The position numbers and the translations under genes were made by a program. The notes below the pieces were generated by a model. That model searched no databases. It was given only the letters and a program-made list of their open reading frames with translations, and was not told the origin of the DNA. A stretch of DNA of 64,000 bases from Octopus vulgaris (Eukaryota): NCBI GenBank assembly GCA_951406725.2, contig OX597831.1, forward strand, positions 44,516,001 to 44,580,000. The letters are read 5' to 3'. The first letter of the stretch is position 1. Each line of letters begins with the position of its first letter. Of this stretch, positions 41,799 to 54,985 are shown piece after piece.

Positions 41799-42263
41799 TA
41801 ATAAGGGTATAGATACTAATTTAATAGTATATTTATTCCACACCAAGTGGCCTTAGTGCTACGAGAAACCTGGATTATTATAATATTTTATAACATATTA
41901 TAATATTTTCATAAAATAAATATAAGAGAGTGGTCACTATATTGATCACTCTAGCACCAGTTAATCCAAAAGGTTTCAACCACGAAAACACATGTTTCCC
42001 ATGAAAGCCAGTACGACTGTTAGCTCACACGGACAGGGCAAATAAAAATAACAAAAATACAGATTATTTTGGGACAATTGTTTCGCTATTAATGAATTAA
42101 ATGTAATATTACTTACAATACACACATTTGTGCTACACACCATTATACTATCTGGATGATATATATATCAATATATATATATATATATATAAATATATAT
42201 ATGCGGTTATATATATATATACGTTATAATTCAATATGCCCCAATATATATATATATATACGG

Positions 42264-42297
<34 letters not shown>

Positions 42298-42633
42298 GCA
42301 GCATATATATATAATTATATTAATAAGGGTATAGATATATTATATATATATTTATATAGTATATTTATTATATACCATAGTATAGTGCTATATATAATAT
42401 GGATTATATATATATATTTTATTATATTATAATATTTTCACAAAATAAATATAAGAGAGTGGTCACTATATTGATCACTTAGCACCAGTTAATCCAAAAG
42501 GTTTCAATATACGAAGACGAGCTACAAATGGATTATTGTAAGTAATATTACATTTAATTCATTAATAGCGAAACAATTGTCCCAAAATAATCTGTATTTT
42601 TGTTATTTTTATTTGCCCTATGTGTCCGTGTGA
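41799..42633. mobile_element. Penelope-like pLTR-type element in (TA)n, partly corrupted
   Basis: Direct repeat about 41799-41978/42321-42508, inverted repeat about 42024-42120/42533-42633, and a 5'-clipped HHR GACGA-gcta...tagc-GAAAC-aatt-GTC at about 42516-42571. Confidence 0.6.
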
Positions 42634-42639
42634 TATATA

Positions 42640-43178
<539 letters not shown>

Positions 43179-43975
43179 ACAGGGTGCATAAGATATTTGA
43201 GGATAGATTTATGTTTATATAATAACAGATAATAACTTTATTTATCAAAAAATGCTATGAGGAGAAAAATAAACCTTCTTTTATATAATGTTATTCAATA
43301 AAGCCCCCTTCAGCTTCAACAACTGCTTCTATATAAGATCTAAATCATCTACATGCTCGTATCAAATGGTCCTGGTTCATTTTGGACATTACTCTGACTA
43401 TGGCAGCTTTCAAAGAATCTTTGGTGTTATGGGCTTGTTCATTGACCTCTCTCTCAACAATGCTCCACATGTAATAGTCCAATGGATTGAGATCTGGGGA
43501 ATTTGGAGGCCAAATGTTAGGGGTTATGTGATCATGAAAATTTCCAGTCATCCATTCCTCTGTTACTAGAGCCATGTGTGATAGTGCAGAGTCTTACTGA
43601 AACACATATGGCCTTCCCGTTGCATACACTGTCTATCCAGTGCTTAACAGTTATTTCCAGGACCTCAATGTAGGCAGCAGAGTTAACTCTGAAGCCCTGT
43701 GGAAAGAAGTAAGCAGCATCACATGTCCTTCATTACTCACAACCCTTAAAACTATGACAGCTGCAGGAAACTTTGTATACATAACACTTGGAACTTCAGA
43801 AGGGTCTGCACATAACTATCTGTCATTTCTTCTGTTAACTTATTGAACTTAATCAAAGTTTTTCTCATTTGAGAAAAAACATATCAAATCTTCTTCTGCT
43901 GGATTTTTCAGTTTGTTTAAGAGCCTTGTAGATATGATGTAGTGATTTTCTTTTGCTTTTTCTGTCAGTTTGAAA
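43179..43975 (-). mobile_element. Decayed Tc1/mariner-superfamily transposase
   Basis: WPPNSPDLNPLDYYMWSIVE motif; terminus ta-cagggtgcat. Confidence 0.8.
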
Positions 43976-44043
43976 CCACTCTAACTACTGAGCCATGTAC
44001 CTTCTACATTTGACAACAGCTTACAAAACTTATTCATTTATAC

Positions 44044-44623
44044 CAGTGGTTTGCAATGGGAGTCCATATGGCCCCTGAGGGTCCATATAAGATTTGTGGA
44101 GTCCATGCAACAAAATAATAAATTGGGGATCCACAGTGATATTTTAAGGGCCCCTGAAAAAAAATTGCCTGACTGGCCCATGTGTAAAAATTCAAGCAAG
44201 GTCATTGCCAGTACTGCCTGACTGGCCCCCGTGCCGGTGGCAAGTAAAAGCACCCACTACACTCTCGGGGTGGTTGGCATTAGGAAGAGCATCCAGCTGT
44301 AGAAACTCTGCTAGATCAAGACTGGAGCCTGGTGCAGCCATCTGGTTTGCCAGCCCACAGTCAAACCGTTCAACCCATGCTAGTATGGAAAGCGGACGTT
44401 AAACGACGACGATGATGATGATGTATTATAAAAAGGAACTAGGTTTCTTTCTCTACATTTTACATGGTTCAACCTATACAAGTTAATGTGTAAAAAACAA
44501 AATAGGAATTTTGAAAGAAATATCTGTAAAACTAGAATGTAAATATTGAATGGTTTTGGGGGTCCACCAGAATAAAATGGTAATGAAAGGAGTCCATAGG
44601 TAAAAACTGGTTGAGAACCCCTG
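44044..44623. mobile_element. Non-autonomous hAT element with a nested SINE (about 44170-44422)
   Basis: Termini cagtggtt.../...aacccctg and an 8 bp TSD atttatac (44036-44043/44624-44631). Confidence 0.85.
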
Positions 44624-45059
44624 ATTTATACTCTATAACAGATTGGTTGGTCACCTAGAAAGTAATTATATCTTATCACAGAAAAAAGGGTGTTGGAAAG
44701 GGATGTAAGGCTTGAAAACAACTCCTGGCAAACCAAACTGTAACAGAAGACAGTAAAGAGAGAAAAATAGATCTTAGTATGGCATGAATTGTTTACCAAA
44801 AAAGCATTTAACAGCATGCTGTCTTCTTAGATACAAGGAACACTCCATACAAATAACGTAGGGCCAATACCAATATGATACATCAACCATGTTGTATTAA
44901 AATGGGGAACAACTGCATTACTGCAAAGCAAAGAACAATTAATTAAAATCAATCCTATATCCATTTGATGAAGAATCTTTCTGGAAGACTCCTTATCTCT
45001 GTCTACTTTTCTATGTTGTTCTGATACCGTTAACAAATATGTTGAATTAAACCACCATG

Positions 45060-45660
45060 GGTTGTAAATTATAACTATCTCCTTTATGTGTATGATTTAA
45101 ATATTGTTCACAAGAGTCTATACTTGGCTGAAGAACCCACTTAAAATTGTTTATGTTTTTAGACAAGTTACAGATATGAGCATGGGATTAGACAAAAGTA
45201 TTAAAGCCACCATAAGAGGCAAATTAACTAAAACTGAGAATACTGAATTAAATTTAAATGCAAAAGTCAGACAGTTAGAGCAAAACCACTCGTGCAAGTA
45301 CTTAATAGTTGAAACTGATAAGATTCAGCATATTGAAATGAAAGAGAAAATTAGAAGAGAGCACTTGAGAAGGGTCAAACTTAAAAAAAAAAAATGAATT
45401 CAGTGTTAGAAATATGATAAATATGAATTCACTAGTTATTCTTGTTATAATCTAAAGTTTTGGCTCCTACAATATATTGGAAGCTAATTGAACTGAAGTG
45501 CTTAGATGGAGACACTAGGAAACTAATGACCAAAGTCATCACTCTAAAGCTGGTATAGACAGGATATACCTATTTTGTACATTGGGAGGATGGGGTTTGG
45601 TAAATATAGAAAACTACTTACCACAAAATACAATCCCCTACATGAGAGACACCACCAACT
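45060..45660 (+). mobile_element. Decayed non-LTR reverse transcriptase relic (R4/NeSL-like)
   Basis: Remnants LLYVYDL, MGLDKSIKATIRGKL and CKYL...IQHIEMKEKIRREHLRRVK, broken by stops and frameshifts. Confidence 0.6.
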
Positions 45661-45997
45661 AAATCCTTCAGTGAAAAACCTATGGAAAGAGATGAAGAAG
45701 ACACCCAAAGACAAACTGGCACCAAACAGCCAACAGGGACATGCAGCTGATTGACAGAATGTAGAATGACACATTGAGAAAAGCAAGGAACCATGATTAT
45801 TGGGCACACTTTGACTGCCTCATGCATCTCAAGACATGGGAGCTTCTAAGTCTCAATAAGTTTACCACAAACTATTTCTTTATATGTCTCTTTTTGTAAC
45901 TTTCTTTTGGAAAGTATTGTCAGAACCAGGCTATATTGTCCAAAAGAAGGAGAGAAAAAGAATTCATATTGTTAGTTTTGCAGTGAAGAGTAGAATT

Positions 45998-46320
45998 CAG
46001 TTCTATATTTAAGAGATGAGGAATTATGTACATTATTTACATTATTTACATTTGACAGATATTTGTCCTCATCTTGTTTGTTGTTAACACATTTCGGCTG
46101 ATATACCCTCCAGCTTTCATCAGGTGTCTTGGGGAAATTTCAAACCTGGGTTCTCATTCCTAAGGTATTTTTCGATGTTGTTGTTGTTTGCTGCTGCTGC
46201 TGTTGTTGTTGTTGTTGTTGTTCAGGTCACTGCTTGAAATCTTGGGGTTAGTAGCCCTCGCTCTTAACCCCAAGATTCCAAGTTTGATTCCAAGCAGTGA
46301 CCTGAACAACAACAACAACA

Positions 46321-46367
<47 letters not shown>

Positions 46368-46513
46368 CATCGAAAAATACCTTAGGAATGAGAACCCAGG
46401 TTTGAAATTTCCCCAAGACACCTGAAGAAGGCTGGAGGGTATATCAGCCGAAACGTCATGTTAACAACAAACAAAATGAGGACAAATATCCGTCAAATGT
46501 AAATAATGTAAAT
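45998..46513. mobile_element. Inverted (head-to-head) dimer of a tRNA-headed, HHR-containing repeat
   Basis: 12 bp target-site duplication aagagtagaatt (45986-45997/46514-46525). The arms are reverse complements and each has (AAC/AAT)n plus an HHR. Confidence 0.75.
46417..46462 (+). ncRNA. Minimal type I hammerhead ribozyme
   Basis: gacac-CTGAAGA-a-ggctg-gagggtatat-cagcc-GAAAC-GTC-atgtt. An antisense copy with a damaged stem III lies at 46086-46128. Confidence 0.7.
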
Positions 46514-47818
46514 AAGAGTAGAATTGTTCTAGACCATCAACTAATTCCAATTACTATGAAAGTGTGTAATGGTGTATTTTTATTGGTAAAAAAAAAAGGC
46601 ATTGAGAACTGTAGTCTATATAAGCTTCTCCTCTTTGGCTTCTATTGGGAACACTCCCTTTTCTTCACCACATACAGTTCTTACTCCCAAATTCATTTCA
46701 GACCACATGAATGAATCCATATTCCAGTTACTGGAATCTTCTGAACTACACTTAATCCCAACAATGAGACAAAGAAATCTCCTAATATACAATTAATACC
46801 AGACTTACAAAGTAAGCACTGGAGTCAATTTATTTCACTAAACCCTTCAAGGCAGTGCTCCAGAATGGCTACAGTCCACTGAATGAAACAAGTAAAAAAT
46901 AAAAGATTATTCTGAACAACTATGGTTGACTGTACAACCATCATTTCAGAGAATTAACCAACAGTGGTGTCCTCTTTGCTGTTACAAAGACCAGGTAAAG
47001 TTGACCCTTGGAATTGATGAAACTAATAAGATGTGGCTCAACACTAACAGAAGCTACTGCTGCCTCCATCATCTTCAGACGACTCAAATTTCTGGCAGTT
47101 ACCAACCTGGCTGAAACCAGCTCTGGCTCTGAGTACAAGTGTCCTGTTTTCATAAATTTTGAATTAAAATCTTCCACCAAACATTAGTCACAATTTATGT
47201 TCCTAACACTAACTGAATGATAACTAAGTTATTTTACTAAATTCTTTGTTATATTTAAAGTAATTGAAAGAAACACAGAGCATCTCAAAATAAATACAGT
47301 AACGAAAGGGTTAAAGCATCAGCAGTCCCACATATCATACTTATTGTATCTCTTTTGTTCCCTTCTGGGGTCCTACACTCAGACATTTCTTCATTGTCAT
47401 CATCATTGTTTCCTTTCTTAAATCCGGGTGTTGTTACCAAGGAAACATAATCATAGAAACCGAGTAATTCAAAAAGTAGTTAACACACCATTCCCTCAGT
47501 GATAACAGATATGCAAAATGCAACAATAATATACATTAGTAATATTAATACAGTTACAAAAGTTACACAGTTTGCTTATAGAACCACATTACAAATATGT
47601 AGGAATCACAATATATTGCTAGTTAATAATAAATTAGTGTTAATGCCAGTAAATGTCATATGCTATTGGTGTGAGATCTTCTGACATGGTCATCTTGGTG
47701 TTGCCTCTTTGGCATCACTGGGTTGATGCTGACCAATTTAAATTCAAACTTTTTAATGTTTTCTTTTCCTTTTTAGAAGGGCATCCAGCTGGGCATCCTG
47801 TCTTGAATTCCTCTGAAT

Positions 47819-48000
47819 TCCAAAAGAAGGAGAGAAAAAGAATTCATATTGTTAGTTTTGCAGTGAAGAGTAGAAGTCAGTTCTATATTTAAGAGATGAG
47901 GAATTATATATATTATTTACATTATTTACATTTGACAGATATTTGTCCTCATCTTACTTGTTGTTAACACAACACTTTGGCTGATATACCCTCCAGCTTC
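47819..48000 (+). repeat. Local direct duplicate of 45939-46115
   Basis: Copies unique flank plus the end of the HHR element. Confidence 0.88.
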
Positions 48001-48523
48001 TGAAGGGCATTTAGAAGGGCATCCATCTGTAAAAACCTTGTCAGAACTGACCTTGCCTGTGCTCGTGCCATGTAAAAAGCACTGTTTACTTTGCTGGGTG
48101 GTTGGTGCCAGGAAAGGCATCCAGCTGTAAAAACCCTGCCAAAGCAGATACAGAAGTCTGGTGCAGGTTCCTGCCCGGCTGGCTCCTGTCAAACCATCAA
48201 ACCCATGCCAGCTTGGAAGGTAGACATTAAAGAATGATGATGAATAAATGTGAAATTCTGTCTGTCCATCTGTCTGGGACCCCTGTATCTCAATCTACAT
48301 TTGCTCTGCCTTTCTGGAATAAGGATGATCCTGGGATTGAAAATCTGCCCTTCATTTGGTTCTTGAACATCCAGCATTGGGATCAGGTCTCAATGAGGAT
48401 TTGTTATATGCAAACAGTTAAAAATTCATATTTTAAAAGAACTCCCAAAATTTGAGAACTTACAAGTTTTTCCTTTAAACTGCATTTAAAGTAATACCAT
48501 ATTGGTAGAGTACTAATAAATGC

Positions 48524-48556
<33 letters not shown>

Positions 48557-50186
48557 GCTTTATTATTATTATCTTAAGTTTTGGGCCTTCAATTAGCTCT
48601 CTGCAGGAGCCATCTTCAAAGTCCACACTGTGTGCAGCTTTTAAGTTAATTTTTAATATTTCTCTCGTTCTCTGCCGAGGTTGACTTTGCTTTTCATCCT
48701 TTTGGGGGTCTATAAATTAAGTACCAGTTGTGTACTGAGAGCGATCTAATCAACTGGCCCCCTCCCCCAAAATTTCGGGGCTTGAGTAGAAAAGTGGCAA
48801 GCTGGCAGAATCATTAGCATGCCAGGCAAAATGCTTAACAACATTTATGTTCTGAGTTCAAATTCCACCAAGTTCAACTTCGCTTTTCATTCTTTTGGAG
48901 TCGATGAAATAAATACAGGATTTCAGATGTGAAGACATGCCACTAAGCATTTTGTCCGATGAGCTAACAATTCTACCAGTTTACTGCCTTAATGATAAAA
49001 TCAGTAATCCTTTCTGCTATTGGTGCAAGGTCTGAAATTTTGGGAGGTTACATCAACTCCAGTACTCAACTGCTACTTATGTTACTGACCATGAAAGGAT
49101 AAAAAAGCGAAATCAATTTCGGTAGAATTTGAACTCAGAATATAAATCTGGAAGAAATATCGTGAAAGATTTTGTCTAGTGTGGTAACGATTCTGCCAAC
49201 TCACCACCTTAATTAAATTAATAATAATGATAATGATGATTTCTAGTGAACTGTCCTACACATGCATGTATGGAAGATGGACCAAACGTTTGAGAGGAAA
49301 ACTGCAGTTAATTAAACTGACCACAGTATATGACCGTTAGCTTAATCCTTTAGCATTCAGATTATTTTATCTCTCTTACTTGTTTCAGTCATTGGACTGT
49401 GGCCATACTGGGGCACTGCTTTGAAGAATTTTTAGTCAAATGAATCGACCCCAAGACTTATTTTCTTAAAGCATAGTATTTATTCTACAGCTCTCTTTTG
49501 CCAAATACGCTAACACCAGTTGTCAAGCAGTGGTGGGGGACAAACACACACACACACACACACGCATATATTAGATAAAGATAGTTATTGTGGGTCAATG
49601 AGGTTACCCAGGGTTTCATGTTCATAAAGCGTTTAACTTTACAGTGTCTCTGCAGACCCTAATGGTCAGTGCCCTATAGGCTCTAAGGGTCTGCTTCTTT
49701 TTTGGACTTATGATTTACTGATGATATATATATATAGAGAGAGAGAGAGAGGGGGGTGCATGTACCTCCTTTATAACAAGACACCTATTTCTTCCTCCTT
49801 ATTTCTGTCAAGCTCTAACCTTTCATCATCTGATACTGGGTCACCTCCTCCAATGCCCCCTCTGTTATAGCAAGACACTTGTATCTGTCTCTTTGTCACC
49901 CTCCAACCTTTCATCCTCTGACATGAGTCCCTCTCCTCAAAGGCCCCTGCCCCTCTCATAATTCCTTGTCTTGCAAGTTACTTGGTGACCCTTCCAGTGC
50001 TGGTGCCATGTAAAAAGCATCGAGTCCATTCTCCAGAATGGTTGATATTAGGAAGGGTATCCAGCTGTAAAAATCCTACCAAAACAGACAGAGTAGCAGA
50101 GGGTAGTTTTTCTACCTGGCCAGCTCCTGTGAACTGTCCTACCCATGCATATATGGAAGATGGAAGTTAAATGATGATATATATAT

Positions 50187-51770
50187 ATCATCATCATCGT
50201 TTAACGTCCGCTTTCCATGCTAGCATGGGTTGGACGGTTCAACTGGGGTCTGGGAAGCCCGAAGGCTGCACCAGGCCAGTCAGATGTGGCAGTGTTTCTA
50301 CAGCTGGATGCCCTTCCTAACGCCAACCACTCCGAGAGTGTAGTGGGTGATTTTATGTGCCACCGACACAGGTGCCAGACGAGGCTGGCAGACGGCCACG
50401 CTCGGATGGTGTTTTTTATGTGCCACCGACACAGGTGCCAGACGAGGCTGGCAGACGGCCACGCTCGGATGGTGTTTTTTATGTGCCACCGACACAGGTG
50501 CCAGACGAGGCTGGCAGACGGCCACGCTCGGATGGTGTTTTTTGTGTGCCACCGCACACAGGTGCCAGACGAGGCTGGCAGACGGCCACGCTCGGATGGT
50601 GTTTTATTATGTGTCACCGACACAGGTGCCAGACGAGGCTGGCGGACGGCCACGCTCGGATGGTGTTTGTTACGTGCCCTCAGCACGGAGGCCAGTCATT
50701 GCGGTACTGGCTACGGTCACGTTCGGATGGTTTTCTTATGTGCCACCGGCACTGGTACCACAAGGATACAAATTCCATTGATGTTCATCTATTTTGATTT
50801 GGTTCGATTTGATTTGATACGATTCGATTCTCACTTGCCTCAACAGGTCTTCACAAGTGTCACAAGAAGGAAGGTATGCACAGGTGGACTGACTACGTCC
50901 CAGGTAGGGGCCACGGATTATGGCTTCACTAGTCTTGCCGGGTCTTCTCACGCACAGCATACTTCCATAGGTCTCGGTCTCTAGTCATTTCCATGGTGAG
51001 ACCTAACGTCCGAAGGTCGTGCTTCACCACCTCATCCCAGGTTTTCCTGGGTCTACCTCTTCCACGGGTTCCCTCAACTGCTAGGGATTGGCACTTTCTC
51101 ACACACCTCTCTTCATCCATTCTCGCCACATGACCATACCAGCGCAATCGTCTCTCTTGCACACAACAACTGATGCTTCTTAGGTACAACATTTCTCTCA
51201 AGGTACTAACGCTCTGTCGAGTAAGTACACTGACATTACACATCCATCGGAGCATACTGGCTTCGTTCCTCACAAGCTTACGCATGTCCTCAGCAGTCAC
51301 GGCCCATGTTTCACTGCCATGTAGCATAGCTGTTCGTACACATGCATCATACAGTCTGCCTTTTACTCTGAGCGAGAGGCCTTTAGTCACCAGCAGAGGT
51401 AAGAGCTCCCTAAACTTTGCCCAGGCTATTCTTATTCTAGCAGTTACACTTTCAGCGCACCCACCCCCACTACTGACTTGGTCACCTAGATAGCGGAAAC
51501 TATCAACTACTTCTAGTTTTTCCCCCGGAAAGTGACAGAAGTTGTTTTCTGCAGATTTTCGGAGGTCAGTGCTCCAGAGCACCTGCCACATACAAAACTA
51601 TCTTCCCAGTTAGCCTACCTTTGACATTGCTGCACCTCTTATGTGTCCATAGCTTACACTGGGTACATCTTATAGAGTTTCTACCTACACCTTTTCTACA
51701 GATCGAGCAGGGCCATCTTCCTGATGATATTTGTGGGTTTTCTACCTTTCTACTTATTAGTACTTTGGTT
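50187..51770 (-). mobile_element. 5'-truncated RTE-clade LINE (RT C-terminus, 3'UTR, (GAT)n tail)
   Basis: ORF 50929-51591 contains FRYLG, RIRIAWAKFREL, MLHGSETW, RRLRWYGHV and RGRGRPRKTW. An upstream frame has TKV plus a Cys/His finger; frameshifted. The 3'UTR has tandem 57-mers. Confidence 0.92.
50354..50680. repeat. 57 bp tandem repeat, about 5.5 copies, in the LINE 3'UTR
   Basis: Unit ttatgtgccaccgacacaggtgccagacgaggctggcagacggccacgctcggatggtg. Confidence 0.92.
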
Positions 51771-52054
51771 ATATATAAATAAATACATATATATATGTGT
51801 GTGTGTGTATATATATATATATGCACACACACAAGGTGTTGAGCTGGCAGAATCATTAGCTGCTAGACAAAATGCTTAGCAATATTTTGCCTGTTCCTAC
51901 ATTCTTTGTTCAAATTCTGCCAAGGTCGACTTTGCCTTTTATCCTTTCAGGGTCGATAAATTAAGTACCAGTGAAACACTGAAGTAGATGTAATCAAGTA
52001 ATCCCCTTCTCCAAAATTTCTGACATTGTGTCTATAGTAGAAAGGATATATATG

Positions 52055-52105
<51 letters not shown>

Positions 52106-52484
52106 GATGGGTTTTTTTCAGTTTCCATTTTCCATATCCACTCACAAGTCTTTGATCGACCCGAAGCTATAGTAGAAGACACCTACCCAAAGTGCCACAC
52201 AGTGGGACTGAATCCAGAACCATGAGGTTGAGAAAGAAAGTTCTTACCACACAACCATGCCTGCATCTCTGGATAAGACTGGTTTAAATGCGCTAAAGGG
52301 GTTTTATTCATCAAGCTGAGACGAAAGATGAAAAGTAAAGTTGACCTGGACAGGGTTTTGAACACAACCCTCACCCCACCCCATTGGTCATTCTACTGTT
52401 CTACCAATAATACTAATACTAATACTAATGATGATGATGATAATTATAACAGCTTGGCTAATTATAGTCTCCTTTTTGCTTCAG

Positions 52485-52559
52485 AGCCAAAATAGAAAAT
52501 GAATACAGCAAAAGTCTGAATAGATTGAACAAAGGCTCTGAAATAGGAGAGGACTTGGG
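52485..52559 (+). CDS. PSTPIP1: PSTPIP-like exon 3 (AKIENEYSKSLNRLNKGSEIGEDL-G)
   Basis: ttttgcttcag acceptor and GG|gtaagt donor; 75 nt, phase 2 to 2, in frame with exon 2. Carries the F-BAR E-x2-Y-x3-L motif. Confidence 0.88.
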
Positions 52560-53769
52560 GTAAGTGAAACTCTTTCACCTTTGAATAATGCTTACTTAGT
52601 TTGTTTTTGATTTTTTTTGTTTTGTTTTGTTTTTGTTTTTTTGTTGCTTTTTATTTATTTGTTTATTTATTTGTTTTTTTTTGGGTTTTTTTTTTAGTTT
52701 GGCTTTATTCCTTCTCTTTCTTATCTCTGTTCAGTGTTATTAATTTTATTGTTTTTTTTTTCTTTTTCTTTTGCTCTTTAACCCTTGATAAATATGTTCT
52801 CTGAGTGTGTGTGTGTGTGTGTGTGTGTATGCATGAGTTTATGTATGTGTGATTGTGTAGTGCATAGCATTCACAATATTCTGTGTGCATGTGTGTGCAC
52901 GTTATGTGTGTATTCATGTGTGTGTATGTGTATGCATATGTGTGTGTGTGTATGCATATGCATGCATGTGTGTGTGTTGTGTTGAATAGTTTTGACAATG
53001 TTGTCATTACCGTTTAACCCCAGGCCAACTCTTATAGTAGTGACCTGTCTGAAGCTCTTACGACCTTCCCATGGTAATCATCCCGTTTTTTTTTTATTGC
53101 TTTATTGCTTTCAAACTATTATAATATTTCAGACACAGTACACCTAGGACTATACTATCCAGTATGTACCAACAAATTGTTTTTAATAAAGCAGGGTGTG
53201 ATTTAGAGACTGAAGATTTGGTTGCTATTTCTAGCAAACAGAACGTCTTGTTTATATGATTATATAGTTCATACAACTTTTGAGTGTTGCGTATATCCGT
53301 GTGCATACTTGTAGAGCATGAGATTGATATTGTGTAATAGTTACAACATGAGTAATTGGTGGTATGTATTGTCCTTATCTGTAGTTAGACATAATGGTGG
53401 CTTGTGTTGTAGTTGTTGTTATCTAGTCAACTGTTGAAAGCAAGCAGACATGCCTGTAGTCATAGGTGGTTGTTTTGGGTGAAGTATGGTGGTTGTGTCT
53501 TGTAAGGTAAAGTGGGTTATGGTAGTTTAGGCCATGTTGTATGGAGTGAAGCTTGAGAGTTAGGTCTTGTTGTTTTGAGTGGAAGATGGCCATCAGGTCT
53601 TATGTTGAGTGAAGTGTGATTACCTGGGTTTATTGCCAGGTGGGTCGTGTGGTAGTCAGAGCATATTGTATAGAATGCAGCACAGTCGTCAAGTTGTTGT
53701 TGTGGTAATTTGATCTCAAGTCAGCCTTGACCAAAGAAACCCAGTAGCAAAAACATTTTCTTTTTTACC

Positions 53770-54200
53770 CAGCTGGAGCACTGCCTTGAAGTGTTTACTT
53801 GAACAAATCAACCGCAGTGCCTATTTTTTTATTTTTAAAGCCTGCTACTTATTTTATCGGTCCCTTTTGCTTGAGCTGCTAAGCTACTGGGATGTAAACA
53901 TACCAACACTGGTTGTTAAGCAGTGGTGAGGAACAAACACAAAGAGACACATGAATAGATACACATGCACACACACATACACACATATGCACACATACGT
54001 ACACACACACACATGTGCATACACATGCATGCACACACACATACACATAGGATGGTTTCTTTTCAGTTTCCATCTACCAAATCCAGTCACTAGGCTTTGG
54101 TCTAGCTTAGACTGTTCTAGAGGAAATTGTCCAAGGTCAACTCAGTGGCACTGATCCTGCAACCATGTCATTGAGAAGCAATACCACATAACCATGCCAG
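53770..54200 (-). mobile_element. SINE family 1, diverged
   Basis: Degenerate match to the family consensus. Confidence 0.7.
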
Positions 54201-54213
54201 TACCTTTATAGGT

Positions 54214-54736
54214 TGTTGTGTTGTTGTGACCCCCTTTGGTCATGAATGACCATAGGATTGCACCTAGTAAGTTACCCTGTGAGACACAAGTCTGGGCAAG
54301 GTTGTTTATGGAAGACCAACAGTCACCCACTCATACCAGCCTCCCCTCTCCACGCCACCGATGTTACCCAAGGGAAAGGCAAAGGCCAATACAGCTTGGC
54401 ACCAGTGATGTCGCAGCTCATTTGTTAATGTGCAAGTGGCTGAGTACTCCACAGACATGTGTACCCTTAACGTAGTTCTCGCGGAGATTCAGCATGACAC
54501 AGAGTGTGACAAGGCTGGCCCTTTGAAATACAGATACAACAGAAACAGGAAGAAAGAGTGAGAGAAAGTTGTGGTGAAAGAGTACAGCAGGGATCACCAC
54601 CACCCCCTGCCAGAGCCTCGTGGAGCTTTAGGTGTTTTCACTCAATAAACACTCGCAATGTCCTGTCTGGGAATCGAAACCGCGATCCTATGACCGCGGG
54701 TCCGCAGCCCTAACCACTGGGCCATTGTGCCTCCAC
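54214..54736 (-). mobile_element. tRNA-derived SINE with (CAA)n tail and a 12 bp TSD
   Basis: Head tggcccagtggttaggg...ggtttcgattccc and TSD acctttataggt (54202-54213/54737-54748). Confidence 0.88.
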
Positions 54737-54985
54737 ACCTTTATAGGTGCTGTGTACGTATCCTGCATTAAACAGTTCAATCTACAATGATGGAAATCAT
54801 TTGCAACTATCATGCAATGTCAAGTATAGGAGATAAATATTCACGCTCATTCGCTCTCTCTCACACACACACGCATCCACAACAAGCAAAGGATGACACC
54901 AAGAACATCATCTGTCTCTAGAATAATACTTCAACATATCCTGTTCAACTCTTGCCGGCTTGGCTAAAGTAGACATTAAAATTAT

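Noticed and set aside
50354-50680. Possible CRISPR-like array
   Set aside because: Contiguous tandem units with no unique spacers, in a eukaryotic LINE 3'UTR.
50201-50984. 144-255 aa repetitive ORFs
   Set aside because: By-products of a 57 bp (multiple of 3) tandem repeat.
53320-53700. GT-rich stretch, possibly an old LINE or a nested antisense exon
   Set aside because: No recognisable motif or splice-bounded frame.
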